Shown piece after piece: positions 1 through 12,398 of a stretch of DNA of 64,000 bases. The number at the start of each line of letters is the position of its first letter. The stretch's first letter is position 1. Source of the stretch: Octopus sinensis (Eukaryota); assembly GCF_006345805.1 (NCBI RefSeq), contig NC_043017.1, positions 29,636,001 to 29,700,000 on the forward strand. Direction: 5' to 3'. The position numbers and the translations under genes were made by a program. The notes below the pieces were generated by a model. It was not told the origin of the DNA. It did no database searches and worked only from the letters and a program-made list of their open reading frames with translations.

Positions 1-51
1 TAGAGATTGTTTCTGGTGACACACAGTCACAAGTACACCGACACACACACC

Positions 52-94
52 TCTATCTATCTATCTATCTATCTATCTATCCATCTAACTATCC

Positions 95-125
<31 letters not shown>

Positions 126-333
126 CATCCATCTAACTATTTCTCTATCCATCTAACTATCCATCTATATATCTATCTATCGATCTAACTATCCATCCAT
201 ACATCCATCTATCTATCTAACTATCTTTCCATCTAACTATCCGTCTAATTATCCATCCATCCAACCATCCATTCATCTATCTATCTAACTATCTATCTAT
301 TTAACTATCTATCTATCTATCTAGCTAGCTAGC
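52..333. repeat. Compound (ATCT)n/(ATCC)n microsatellite
   Basis: Runs of ctatctat/ccatccat with interspersed ctaact variants. Confidence 0.95.
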
Positions 334-574
334 TATCGAAGTATGCACCTACCTACATGTATATATGTATGTATCTACATATATATATGTGTGTGTGTAG
401 ATAATATCTACATATATATGCATACATGTATATATATATTTATATACATACCTACACGCACATAAGTGTATATGTGTATGTATGTTCTCGCGTGTGTAGC
501 TTATGTCTATACACCTACACTTTAAACGCATGAATATACATATGTATATATGTATAATAACTTCGAAATGTATA

Positions 575-745
575 TTTATTCTTTTACATAGCCATTAGAG
601 AGCAACCGTGCTGGAGCTTCGATTTAATGAATTCTAGTCGAACGAACCGACCGCCCTGCTTTTTAAGCGTGGTGCATATTCTATCAGTCGATTTAGCCAA
701 ACCGCTAAGTTACGTGAATATAAACCCTCAAACAACAGACATACA
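575..745 (-). mobile_element. Degenerate 3' half of SINE family A
   Basis: 'gtgctggagc...tagtcgaacgaaccgacc...tattctatc...aaccgctaagttacg' aligns by eye to the reverse complement of the family A 3' half. Confidence 0.6.
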
Positions 746-975
746 TATATATATAAATTATTGAGGTGTCTAGTCACTATTTGCAACCGAAAAGCAACAA
801 GTATAGTTACCATTATGTGACGGACGATGTTATTGAGCGTGTAAATATGTGTGTGTGTATATATATATATAAATTATATATATTTGTATGTGCGTGTATG
901 TAGCTCAGCGATTATGCGCGTGTATATGTCTCTGTGTCATACAATTTACCTGTCATCTGCAACTCACAGCTCCAT

Positions 976-1010
<35 letters not shown>

Positions 1011-1872
1011 TGTGGTGTGTGCTTGTGTGTATGCGTATACACACACACACATTCATACATGCATTATCAACGGCACCTGTTCTCCCGATAAAAGTACTTT
1101 CCTCGTACTTTCCTTACAATCTCCATTCTCTTTTCCTCTCTTTACACATCACTTTTCCGCCAAATTATTCTTGCGTACACATTCACACATGCATATATAA
1201 AATTAAAAAACACACCCCCATATATTATTAAACACATACACATATGTAAAGATTCTTTTTCTACACGTCTTTATCCATCAAGTTGTCACCTACTTATTCC
1301 ACCACCATCACCAACATTTGTCATCTAAATACAGTTGTCACTCGTTCTAAAACTATTTTTCTGTCATCAACGATATATTTTATCGTATCTAAATTTTCTT
1401 CAATGGAATCGCACTCTTTCACTCTTCACCCCACTCGTTTTCCCCGCCACTTCCCCGCTATCTCTCTCTCACTCTCTCTGTCACTGATGAACATTTCTTT
1501 AATATATCGTTATACGTTCCGCATATATAATAATTGAAATCGTAGCGCATTCGTATCTATGTTACTGGTTTTTGCGCCTTCGTTCTGGAAGCAAATAAAA
1601 GTCTATAAAACTCACAATGTGACGACATAAATGGTAAGTCTTCAATAAATGAACACTTTCTGGTATTGTATTGCATTGATTTACTTGAACTGCGTTTCTA
1701 ATAGTACACCACACAGCATAGAAATACACATGCATACAAATGTAAGTAGACGTACACACAGGAACACGCATATGTCCATGATTATGCATACGTACGTATG
1801 TGTGTATAAATACAACAAGCATACGCACATATATAGACATACATATACACACACACATATATATATATCTAT

Positions 1873-2417
1873 ACACACACACATACGTACATATATATAC
1901 ACACACATACGTGCATATACATACACACACATACGTGCATATACATACACACACATACGTACATATACATACACACACATACGTACATATACATACACAC
2001 ACATACGTACATATACATACACACACATACGTACATATACATACACACACATACGTGCATATACATACACACACATACGTGCATATACATACACACACAT
2101 ACGTGCATATACATACACACACATACGTGCATATACATACACACACATACGTACATATACATACACACACATACGTACATATACATACACACACATACGT
2201 ACATATACATACACACACATACGTACATATACATACACACACATACGTACATATACATACACACACATACGTACATATACATACACACATACGTACATAT
2301 ACATACACACATACGTACATATACATACACACACATACGTACATATACATACACACACATACGTACATATACATACACACACATACGTACATATACATAC
2401 ACACACATACGTACATA
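1873..2417. repeat. 24-bp minisatellite (acacacacatacgt[a/g]catatacat), roughly 22 units
   Basis: Direct reading; 8-aa periodicity (HTHTYVHI) in the spurious ORFs; two 22-bp units near 2281-2330. Confidence 0.95.
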
Positions 2418-2814
2418 TATATATATAATATTATATATATAGATATATATATACTCATACGTACATACATATACGTACATACATACATACATATACCTAC
2501 ATACAAAAACGTACATATATGTATGACGTATATATATATATAATATATATATATATATAAATATATATATATATCATAATATTTTATACTCTGATTTGAA
2601 GCGACATTTTTGAAATACAAAGAAATAACTGAAAAATGATGAGCTAATCTCAGCCATAACCGAACCCATAAGTCAGCGGTAACTTACAAAGCCTTCGGCT
2701 TTGTTTAAAAGTTATATATATATATATAGATATATTATAATATATATATATGATTGATTGATTGATTGATTGATTGATGTATGTATGTATGTATGTATGT
2801 ATGTATGTATGTAC

Positions 2815-2845
<31 letters not shown>

Positions 2846-3694
2846 TATATAAGTCTGCCCTGAAACAGGAGCAAACTAGCAGAGAAAAAAATATTCTTTA
2901 GTATTCTAGAACAGTTATAATGCGCAATTTTATATGTTTCGAATACTATTCCGCATGCTGTGTTTCTATCAATGAAATGTTCTATTTATATTCCTCATTA
3001 TGTATTCCATCTCTCCCTCCACTGTTTGTTTACGAATCATCTGACCCGTATTTTCCTTGTCTAAACTCCACTCACCTTTTTGGTTCCCAAAGCACATTCC
3101 ATTTTAAAACCACCCACCCCCACAACTTCCGATTCACCGAGATATCTCTCCCCAACATCGGCACCGACCTTTTCATCCACACCAACTACCACCAACCCTA
3201 ATACCAGCTCTGCAATGAACATCAAATAAAAAAAACAGCACCTCCACCATCGCCCAGGAATCCCTAACGCAAGCCCCATGTTTTTACATATCTATATAGA
3301 CCATCATTATTTCAGGCTGACACAGCTGACACCTAAAATGGGAAATCAATTATAGAAAATAACATATTCTAACGTAAACAATGATACAGCGAGAGAGAAT
3401 CGGTGGAGGGAATGGAATTGGTTAGACAAGTAAGCGCATCTACCAGAAAGCGAAACACAGACAACGCGGCAACATTTGAATAACTAAAAACTAATCTAAT
3501 TTCATTATCTTTTGACGTCAGGTTCAAAATGAAAATAAAACTATTCCCCACCGTCCATATACCTTGTAAGGGTTATGGCCGAATGATTTTTGCATTTTAT
3601 TCCTGCCATAAAATTTCTCATTTCTTTGTTCGACTAGGGTTTGATGCGAATGCTTCCATGTTCGTGTCTGTCTGCAACCACACAGCCACTCCTC

Positions 3695-4060
3695 AGGCGC
3701 AGGAGTGGCTGTGTGGTAAGTAGCTTGCTAACCAGCCACATGGTTCCGGGTTCAGTCCCACTTCGTGGCACCTTGGGCAAGTATCTTCTGCTATAGCCTC
3801 GGGTCGACCAATGCCTTGTGAGTGGATTTGGTAGACGGAAACTGAAAGAAGCCTGTCTATATATATATATATATTATATATATATATATATATAGGTGTG
3901 TGTGTATATGTTTGTGTGTCTGTGTTTGTCCCCCTAGCATTGCTTGACAACCGATGCTGGTGTGTTTACGTCCCCGTCACTTAGCGGTTCGGCAAAAAGT
4001 GATCGATAGAATAAGTACTGGGCTTACAAAGAATAAGTCCCGGTAAAAGAGTAAAAAAAA
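3695..4060 (+). mobile_element. tRNA-derived SINE family A (CORE-like, internal TA/TG microsatellite), with a deletion before the tail
   Basis: A-box 'tggctgtgtgg', B-box 'gggttcagtccc', CORE-like 'caccttgggcaagt', tail 'gtaaaagagtaaaa'; more than 8 related copies in the window. Confidence 0.9.
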
Positions 4061-4089
4061 GAACTAAGAAAGGTTAATAAAATGAGAAG

Positions 4090-4500
4090 CACTGCTTTCA
4101 AATTTTGGCACGACTCCAGTAAATTCGTGTGATTACATTGAACCTTGCATTTAGCTGGTACTAATTCATCGACCAACAAATGAAGGGAGGCAGAGTCGAC
4201 CTCGGCGGAATTTCGAATTCAGAACGCAAAGACGGACGAAATGCCACAAAGCATGCTCAAAATGAATATAAAACTCTTTCCCCCGTCAGGCCATATACCT
4301 TGAAAGGGTTATGGCCGAATGATTTTTGCATTTTATTCCTGCCATAAAATCTCTCATTTCTTTGTTCGACTAGGATTTGATACTAATTTATCGACCAACA
4401 AAGGATGGCACGCAGAGTCGACCTCGGTGGAATTTCGAATTCAGAACGCAAAGACGGACGAAATGCCACTGAGCATTTCACCCTGGGTGATAACGATACT
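4090..4500 (-). mobile_element. Degenerate SINE family B with a duplicated segment and an intervening copied local sequence
   Basis: 'gtcgacctcgg[c/t]ggaatttcgaattcagaacgcaaagacggacgaaatgcc' occurs at ~4195 and ~4417. Confidence 0.75.
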
Positions 4501-5226
4501 GGAAGCACGCATCTTTAATGAAAGATGTAATATTAGTTAAGTGCTGAGGTCCCTTATATCGCCCACAGCTGCTCATTTTGTTAGCCTCTTGCCTCTTTAA
4601 TAACAGGAACGTCCATATGGTTTTTCCTTCGTGTATCATTCGTTTTATCTATTATCTTTTTCTTTTCAATAATAAAGAAGAAAGTGAGCCAAGTAGATGC
4701 CATTATCCGGACAGAGCTTTCAGTTTAGCACTGATTGTGAAGTTTGTTTGACAAATCGATGTAGAGGGGTACAATGAACGATGGGGCTAAAATATACATC
4801 GACTCTACATGAACGATTGAGACATGAATACTTTAATGTACAATATTTGCAGACCACGTAAAAAGTTTCTGGATTTGTAGTATTAGCCACACTATCCTTC
4901 CTTGCATGGTTAGTGTTGAACATGGAGAAAAAAAAAAAAAAACGGTAATTTACGAACTGTAAGAGGAAGGAAATTGTACATTATCATGATGGTAATAGTT
5001 AGTGACATAAAAAGGCATTCGTTGGCTATAGCTGTCTTCGGTGTGACGTGATGGAAAAAAAGAAATAATATATTCCTTAGCAACATCAATGCTATATCGT
5101 TCTGCTGGAATCAGCGACGCTACTGATCGTCACTAAAACCATTGTTATCACTAGCAAAGAGCAGTTTCACTAACTGGAATTAGTATTTAAATTATAATGA
5201 GTCCAACATTTCAAATTTATATCAGA

Positions 5227-5625
5227 CTAGCAGTATCACCCGGCGTTGCTCGGGTTTGTAAGGGAAATAACTATATAAGCATTTTTAGAGAGTTATAGCC
5301 AAAAAATTGCAAAAAAATGCATTAAAAATGGAAAGAAAATGATGGGAATTTTTTAAAAAAAATTGTTGACTCATCGTAGACATTTTTAGAAAGTTAATTC
5401 CCTTATATAATAGCGAAAAATATGCATTAAAATGGAAAAAAATTATGGTAATTTTTTTTTAAATCGTAGACTCATCGTAGACAAGCGCTAATACCAAGAA
5501 GGGCTCGATATGAATGACGACTATAAGATACCCGCTTTTGGTTACACTGAACCGCAAAATGTGGGAATAGTTAGAAATCTAAATCGTAGGAGACAGACAC
5601 ACAACTTCACTTTTATATATAAAGA
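5227..5625 (-). mobile_element. Non-autonomous Helitron, subfamily H2
   Basis: Minus strand reads A|TCTTTATATATAAAA...cccgagcaacgccggg hairpin...CTAG|T; A/T insertion site with no TSD; near-copy at 43545-43939. Confidence 0.85.
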
Positions 5626-5844
5626 TTAAGAAATAATGCCTAAAAGGGTTTAGCTATATGGTTAGATGTGTACTGATGAAGGGGCAAAATCCCATGAAAT
5701 ATGACATATACACTCATTAACAATTTTTAAAGGCGGTGCTCCAGAATGGCCACAGACAAATGACTGAAACAAGTCAAAGAGTAAATACTTGAAAGATGTT
5801 GACAGTTGAACTACGCAGACATTATATTTAAAATCTATTATTAT

Positions 5845-6045
5845 CTTTCTAATTTTGGCACAAGGCCAGACATTTTGAGTAAAGGAATGAGTTGTGTATA
5901 TTGATTCAAATAAGTGATGTGTATTTTAATGTATCGATCTCTGAGAGACGAATGGCAAAGTTGATAGAGGTAGGATAGATCTCAGACGATGAAGTGCCGG
6001 AAAAAATGCCGCTAAGCGTTATGTCTGATGTCAGCTCATTGCCTT
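5845..6045 (-). mobile_element. Highly degenerate SINE family B
   Basis: 'aattttggcacaaggcca', 'ggcaaagttga', 'aaatgccgctaagc' in family B order. Confidence 0.55.
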
Positions 6046-6214
6046 TACAAAATGCATGATTATAGATTGGTTTAAAAAGAGAAAGTATAATAAATAAATT
6101 GAAACGATGACTACTGTATACAATGACAATGTGAACACTTACTTTCTGATAAATATCATAATGCTACAGTGAAAAATCATTTGTTCAAGTTATCGGAAAA
6201 AGCATACGTACATA

Positions 6215-6704
6215 CTTACATACATATATACTCACATACGTACATATGGGTACACTGCGTGTGTGTATATATATATACATATATACATATATATATACAT
6301 ACGTATACATACATATATACATACATACATACATATATACATACATATATACATACATATATACATATATATATACACACACACATATATACATATATAT
6401 ATACACACACATATACACATACACATATATACATATATACACACATATATACATATATATACATATATATACACACACATTCATATATATATATACACAC
6501 ACATATATAAATATATATACATATATATACACACACACACACCACACCATATATATATACACACACGCATATATGCATATATATATATAACTACACACAC
6601 CCACACAACATATATATATACACACACGCATATATGCATATATATATATATACACACACAAACAGATATATATATATAATATATATATACACAAACACAG
6701 ATAT

Positions 6705-6742
<38 letters not shown>

Positions 6743-6943
6743 GCAAACACAGATATATATATATATATATACACCAAACACACACATATATATATATATT
6801 ACACAAACACACACACATATATATATATATACAACAAAACACAACATATATATATATATATATATATAATATACACAAAGACAGATATATATATATATAT
6901 TTACACACATATATATACACATATATATATTTACACACACACA

Positions 6944-6974
<31 letters not shown>

Positions 6975-6985
6975 AAGAGAGAGAT
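6215..6985. repeat. Compound (TA)n/(CA)n/(TACA)n microsatellite ending in (GA)n
   Basis: Direct reading. Confidence 0.95.
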
Positions 6986-7119
6986 ATATACATATGTACA
7001 TGTGTAATCTACTCATACAGATAACTACATTTGTGTGTACATGGAGACATTTTGAGAGGAAAGAGGAAACACGAAGCATGATTGCTAGCTAGATAGAATC
7101 GGATGGGAAAGGAAGCACA

Positions 7120-7152
<33 letters not shown>

Positions 7153-7675
7153 TAAATATATATATATATATAGACATAATGCTGGATAATCGTACTTACG
7201 TACTTAATTAAATGGATTCATGATATGTGATATAATTCACTTGAACAAACCATAAAGACGGAAGCAAAAAGATACATTAAAATGTATGTTTTAACTCCGT
7301 GTATAAAACTCATTTGTAATCTCCATTTACGTTTTAGATCCATTACTTACATATGAAATTATCGATCAAACAAAGAAATCAATTGAATTTAATTAAATTA
7401 AAATCAATACTTTGAAGTAGCGTTTTTACTATGGGAATAAATGGTTGTGATGTTGAGCAGAATATCAAGTAGCGTATTATATTATTGTTAACGTTCGCTA
7501 TTTTAATGCATATATAGAGATAGTTTCGGTATCGCGGCTGTTTTTCTATGAGATGGCTATGCTTGGTCCATGCTCTAGAACTTTCTGTTTCTAGATGTTT
7601 GCTGGGAGTAGCTGCAAGTAACCATTCGCTGATTACTATATAAAGGGAAAGAGACTGACTGTGAGAGAGAAGAAT

Positions 7676-8034
7676 TTAAGTTAAGTTAAGAAAATTATTT
7701 GGCTCAAAATGCGAAAAGCAAGGTCATATAGGGGGATATGGAGTTATGTACAGGGAGGGTGTTTATACAAAGAGTTCAGGCCATTTCTGGTCAAGAGAGA
7801 CATTTGAACCAAGCGGTCGTCGGCATCTTCACTATTTCATCCGGCAGCTTATTCTACGGATCCGCAACCCGGACGGAGAAAGCCTCTCTCCTTCGATTGA
7901 GATGAAATCATCGCAGATAGAGCTGTTTGGAGTGACCCCGCAGTCGACGCTCTGGAGCAGGGGTGAAGAACAGCTCTTTCGAGAGGTTATACTTTCCGCT
8001 TATAATGTTGTGAGCGTCGTCGTTTTTCTAGAGA
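7676..8034 (-). mobile_element. 5'-truncated CR1-clade LINE 3' end (fossil)
   Basis: Minus-strand translation ELFFTPAPERRLRGHSKQL...RRREAFSVRVADP*NKLPDEIVKMPTTAWFKC matches the CR1 ORF2 C-terminal RGH..KL and FS.RV..WN.LP motifs; (CTTAA)3 tail. Confidence 0.8.
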
Positions 8035-8539
8035 ATAAAGGTCGAGCGTTTTCGGCCTTTCTTCATAAATCAGTACTTTATCACTTTCAGTATTTGATGG
8101 GTAAATTTTTGGAGAAACGAAGCGAATTACAAAGTAGAAGGAGGACATAGATTGAATGTGAGAAAGAAAAGAAAGAAAGAAGGAAAGAGAGATGGAATCG
8201 GCCCTCGTACTTGAATGGTATGTCTTTCATCGATACATAAAACTTGGAAGGCAAATATGAATTCCATCTGCATCGACATGAACACATACCGAAATGCATT
8301 TTCTATTTTCTTGCTTTTAAAATCATAGAATTTTAATTCAATCTTAGGTGGATATGAAGTAAGAACATGAAAGAGCGCGAAAATATTTCTGTTTTACTTT
8401 TTTTTTTCAGGTGTTTCACAATCTCTCCGATACCATTGATAACATTGAGTTTTGTCTACCTGCCTGTCCTAAATATTTTCATAAGTTTTTCCAAAACGTC
8501 CATTCAGGTTTTGAAGTTTAGTTAACCCTTACTTCATAC

Positions 8540-8958
8540 TTATTTCTTTATTACCCACAAGGGGCTGAACACAGAGGGGGACACACAAGGACAGACATAG
8601 GTATTAAGTCGATTACATCGACCCCAGTGCGTAACTGGTACTTAATTTATCGACCCCGAAAGGATGAAAGGCAAAGTCGAGCTCGGCGGAATTTGAACTC
8701 ATAACGTAACGGCAGACGAAATACCTATTTCTTTATTACCCACAAGGGGCTAAACACAGAGGGGACAAACAAGGACAGACATAGGTATTAAGTCGATTAC
8801 ATCGACCCCAGTGCGTAACTGGTACTTAATTTATCGACCCCGAAAGGATGAAAGGCAAAGTCGACCTCGGCGGAATTTGAACTCACAACGTAACGGCAGA
8901 CGAAATACCGCTAAGCATTTCGCCCGGCGTGCTAACGTTTCTGCCAGCTCGCCGCCTT
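8540..8958 (-). mobile_element. SINE family B, dimeric (head+body+body), 12-bp TSD
   Basis: tRNA-like head ggcggcgagctggcagaa...gagttcaaattccgcc on minus strand; body repeated; TSD cttacttcatac at 8528-8539 and 8959-8970. Confidence 0.92.
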
Positions 8959-9521
8959 CTTACTTCATACCATCTGAGGAGTACTATCAGTTTTTATTCA
9001 TTCACAACTCCTGTGTTAATCTGGGCGGTTTCAAAAAAAAAAAATGGCGAATTAATATTACATATAATGCATGGATGCCAGGGAAGTCCTGCGCGTCACG
9101 TGTGACGCATAAGACAGAGATGAAGTATAATGCTTCAGCTATTTTGGTAAGAAAGAGGATAGTCGAATATACATGTCTCTCTATTTAAGGAGTACTTTAT
9201 TTCATCGATCTTCGGAAGAACGAATGTCATAGAATAGAATAAATTCAGGTTGCATTCGAAATCAGAACGCAAGAAGCCTGAAGCGAATTTTATTCAACGT
9301 TTCACATTTCCTGCAGCGAAAAAAGAATATTAATCAATGCAAAAAAAAAAAAATAAATAAATAAATCCCCAAAGAAAAGTTGATGATTCCAAATAACGAG
9401 AAACCTAGTCAAGTGATACGAAGCAATGCCTGAGCAGATAGGAATTTGTGATACATAAACCATTCGTTATTCAATTAGCAACAAATACACCGACGGCAAA
9501 TATAAAATTAAAAACACCAAA

Positions 9522-9522
<1 letters not shown>

Positions 9523-9555
<33 letters not shown>

Positions 9556-9627
9556 ATTAATACTGTGTTGGTAGTGGAGAGGTTAGTTGTAACAGAAATA
9601 GCAGCCTCACCAGAAGTAGTAACAAAA

Positions 9628-9658
<31 letters not shown>

Positions 9659-10150
9659 TATTATTATTATCATTATTATTATTAGTAGTAGTAATAGTAG
9701 TAGCAGCATTAGCAGCAGTAGTAGTAATAGTAAAAAATAGTGTTGTGGTGTGTGTGGCGGTGGTGGTGGTGACAGTGGTGGTGGTAGTAGTTATATTAAT
9801 AGATGCAGTTGTGGGAGTGTGTTAGTGGTGGTGGTGGTGGTAATAGTAGCAGCAGCAGTTATTGTTGTGATGGTAGTGGAAATATTAGTTGCTGTAGTAG
9901 TAGTAATAATAGCAGCAGCAGTTATTGTTGTGATGGTAGTGGAAATATTAGTTGCTGTAGTAGTAGTAATAATAGCAGTCACAACATGAGCTTCAACAGA
10001 AGTAGTAGCAACAGCAGCACCAGCAGTAGTAGTAGTGAAAATATTGTTGCGGTGTTTGTGGCGGTGGTGAAGGTGACAGTAGTAGCAGTGATGGTGGTAG
10101 TAGTAGTAGTAGTAGTGGCGGTGGTAGTAGTAGTAGTAGTAGTAGTTATT
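9523..10150. repeat. Mosaic trinucleotide tract (GCA/GTA/TTA/GTG) containing a 63-bp tandem duplication at ~9845-9977
   Basis: Direct reading; 'agcagcagttattgttgtgatggtagtggaaatattagttgctgtagtagtagtaataatagcag' twice. Confidence 0.9.
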
Positions 10151-10454
10151 GCTGATGCGGTTACTCTACAAATGATGACTATTACATATTGAGTGCAGAC
10201 GCACATTTAGGGGCGGAATACTACCGGATTTCCAGAAGGTTTGTAAATCAAGGTGAAACCCCAAACAGGTGTAGAAATTTGAAACTGTAAAGGCGTATCA
10301 AAATACGCCAATTTACGCATTTTCTACCTTGAAAACACGGTATTTCAGAACCGGAAGAATTGCAACGCATATTAAACATAATACAAACTGTATAATCTAC
10401 TGCTTTGCTAACTTGAATTTCTTCGGTCGTACCTGGAATGATAAGACAGAAGCG

Positions 10455-10730
10455 GAGAAAGAAAGAGAGAGAGAGAGAGAAAGTGAGAGAGAGAGAGAGA
10501 GAAAGAGAGAGATAGAAAGAGAGAGATAGAAAGAAAGAGAGAGAGAAATAAAGAGAGAGAGAAAGAAAGAGAAAGAGAAAGAAAGAGAGAGAGAAAGAAA
10601 GAGAGTGAGAAAGAAAGAGAGAAAGAGAGAGAGAGAAAGAAAGAGAGAGAAAGAAAGAGAGAGAGAGAGAGAGAAAGAAAGAAGAGAGAAAGAAAGAGAG
10701 AGAGAGTGCGTGGGAGGGGGAGGAAGAGAG
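10455..10730. repeat. Polypurine (GA/GAAA)n tract
   Basis: ~270 bp almost pure purine on the + strand. Confidence 0.95.
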
Positions 10731-11109
10731 AGGTGGTAAAGCCAGATACGTGTAGATAGATTAGAACTGGAGACGTAACCAAATGTAAAGAGATACTGCA
10801 GGCATCCTGTTCATCATTGTTCTGAGTCTTTTATTTATCTATCCAAGTTGAAGATATTTCCGTTGATTATATTAATGGAGATTCCTGCAGCCGTGATATA
10901 AAATACAGGTGAATAAAGATACCTGCATAATGCTTAATTACTGGCAAATTGCCAACCAGAAGCACTGAATAGGTAACCGTGTAAAACTAAGATTTATATT
11001 CATGTATTCCTACACAATCGTACGTACGTCTGTTTGCCGGTTTATTTACGTAGACGTATACAGAGACAATAATTCAAATAAACAGATAAAGACCTCGGGA
11101 CTTAATGTA

Positions 11110-11170
<61 letters not shown>

Positions 11171-11173
<3 letters not shown>

Positions 11174-11411
11174 TTCTCTCTTTTACTTGTATCAGTCAGT
11201 TGATTGCGGCCATGCTGGAGCACCGCCTTTATCGAGCAACTCGACCCCGGCACTTGTTCTTTTGTAAGCCTAGTAGTTATTCTATCGGACTCTTTTGCCG
11301 ACTCGCTAAGTTACGGGAATGTAAACATACCAGCATCGGTTGTCAAGCGATGTTGGGGGGACAAACACAGACACACAAACATATACACACACACACATAT
11401 ATGTATATATA

Positions 11412-11444
<33 letters not shown>

Positions 11445-11605
11445 CGACGGGCTTCTTTCAGTTTCTGTCTACCAAATCCACTCACAAGGCTTTGGTCGGC
11501 CCGAGGCTATAGTAGAAGGCAGTTGCCCAATGTGCCACGCAGTGGGACTGAACCCGGAACCATGTGGTTCGTAAGCAAGCTACTTACCACACAGCCACTC
11601 ATACC
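11171..11605 (-). mobile_element. SINE family A, near full length
   Basis: Reverse complement of the 3695 element including complete 3' tail and internal (TA)n. Confidence 0.9.
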
Positions 11606-11689
11606 TATATACCAGTTATTTCATATCATGCATTCCTGTCTCCCTTCTCCACGCCACTTACGTTAACCGAGGAAAAGGCATACATACAT

Positions 11690-12335
11690 TATTATTATGG
11701 CTGCCCCCTCGTTATCGAGTATGGCCATTGCACGAAGCTTAACTGTTATTGGTGCTGTGATCGAATGTGACTTTTTAGCCCAGCTAAAGATCTACAATGT
11801 CTTGTACAAATTGGCAACTAAAAGCTTTACTGGTAATAGCCGGCTGTAGTTTTAACTGGGCTTCATGTACCTTTGCATGTCGTTTAAGTCCTCCTGCCGA
11901 ATTACACTCTCTTCCACATGCCCGACAGATATGATTAATATGGTGGCCAGGTTGTCACTCATCTGTCTCGTTTTATGACTACGAAGATGACTCTTGAGTC
12001 CAGCTTTACTGAGGCAGGGTCTTGCACAGACACTGCATGTCAGCATCAAAGGAAGACCCTTCCCTTCTGGAGGTGTAACAGCGATGCCCTTCCTGACATC
12101 CTTCCTTACTTTCTCATGTGCAACTCGAGATTTCTCAAAAAGTGGCTGTCCCCTCACGCACAATCCTTCTCCACCTGCTATGATCAATAGCTATGCTTGC
12201 CCATGTGTCAGGAAAGATGCAAGCATCTCTTACGGAAGCCTCCAGCAAGTTTTTATACCTCTTCTTTGGTCAGAATGAAGGATTCAAGGATGCCAAAACA
12301 ACTCTTTTGTGGAGAGTTAGCTAAAGGAGAACGAT
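11690..12335 (-). mobile_element. RTE-clade LINE 3' fragment with an inverted 5' piece
   Basis: Minus: PKKRYKNLLEAS...TWASIAIDHSRWRRIVREG and CSVCARPCLSKAGLKSHLRSH, then a short (TAA)n tail; plus strand 12266-12335: LVRMKDSRMPKQLFCGELAKGER; candidate TSD atacatacat (11680-11689, 12336-12345). Confidence 0.85.

Positions 12336-12398
<63 letters not shown>

Noticed and set aside
1562-2620. Long overlapping ORFs (215-352 aa) of YVCVC/HTHTY repeats
   Set aside because: Open in most frames only because CA/TA repeats lack stop codons; the same applies to ORFs near 6169-7092, 20674-21066, 29208-29732 and 54585-55561
7746-8150. 134-aa plus-strand ORF
   Set aside because: Antisense shadow of the CR1 LINE fragment
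9448-10206. Hydrophobic poly-V/L/A and poly-T/S ORFs resembling membrane or mucin proteins
   Set aside because: Translation of a trinucleotide mosaic; no domain or exon support
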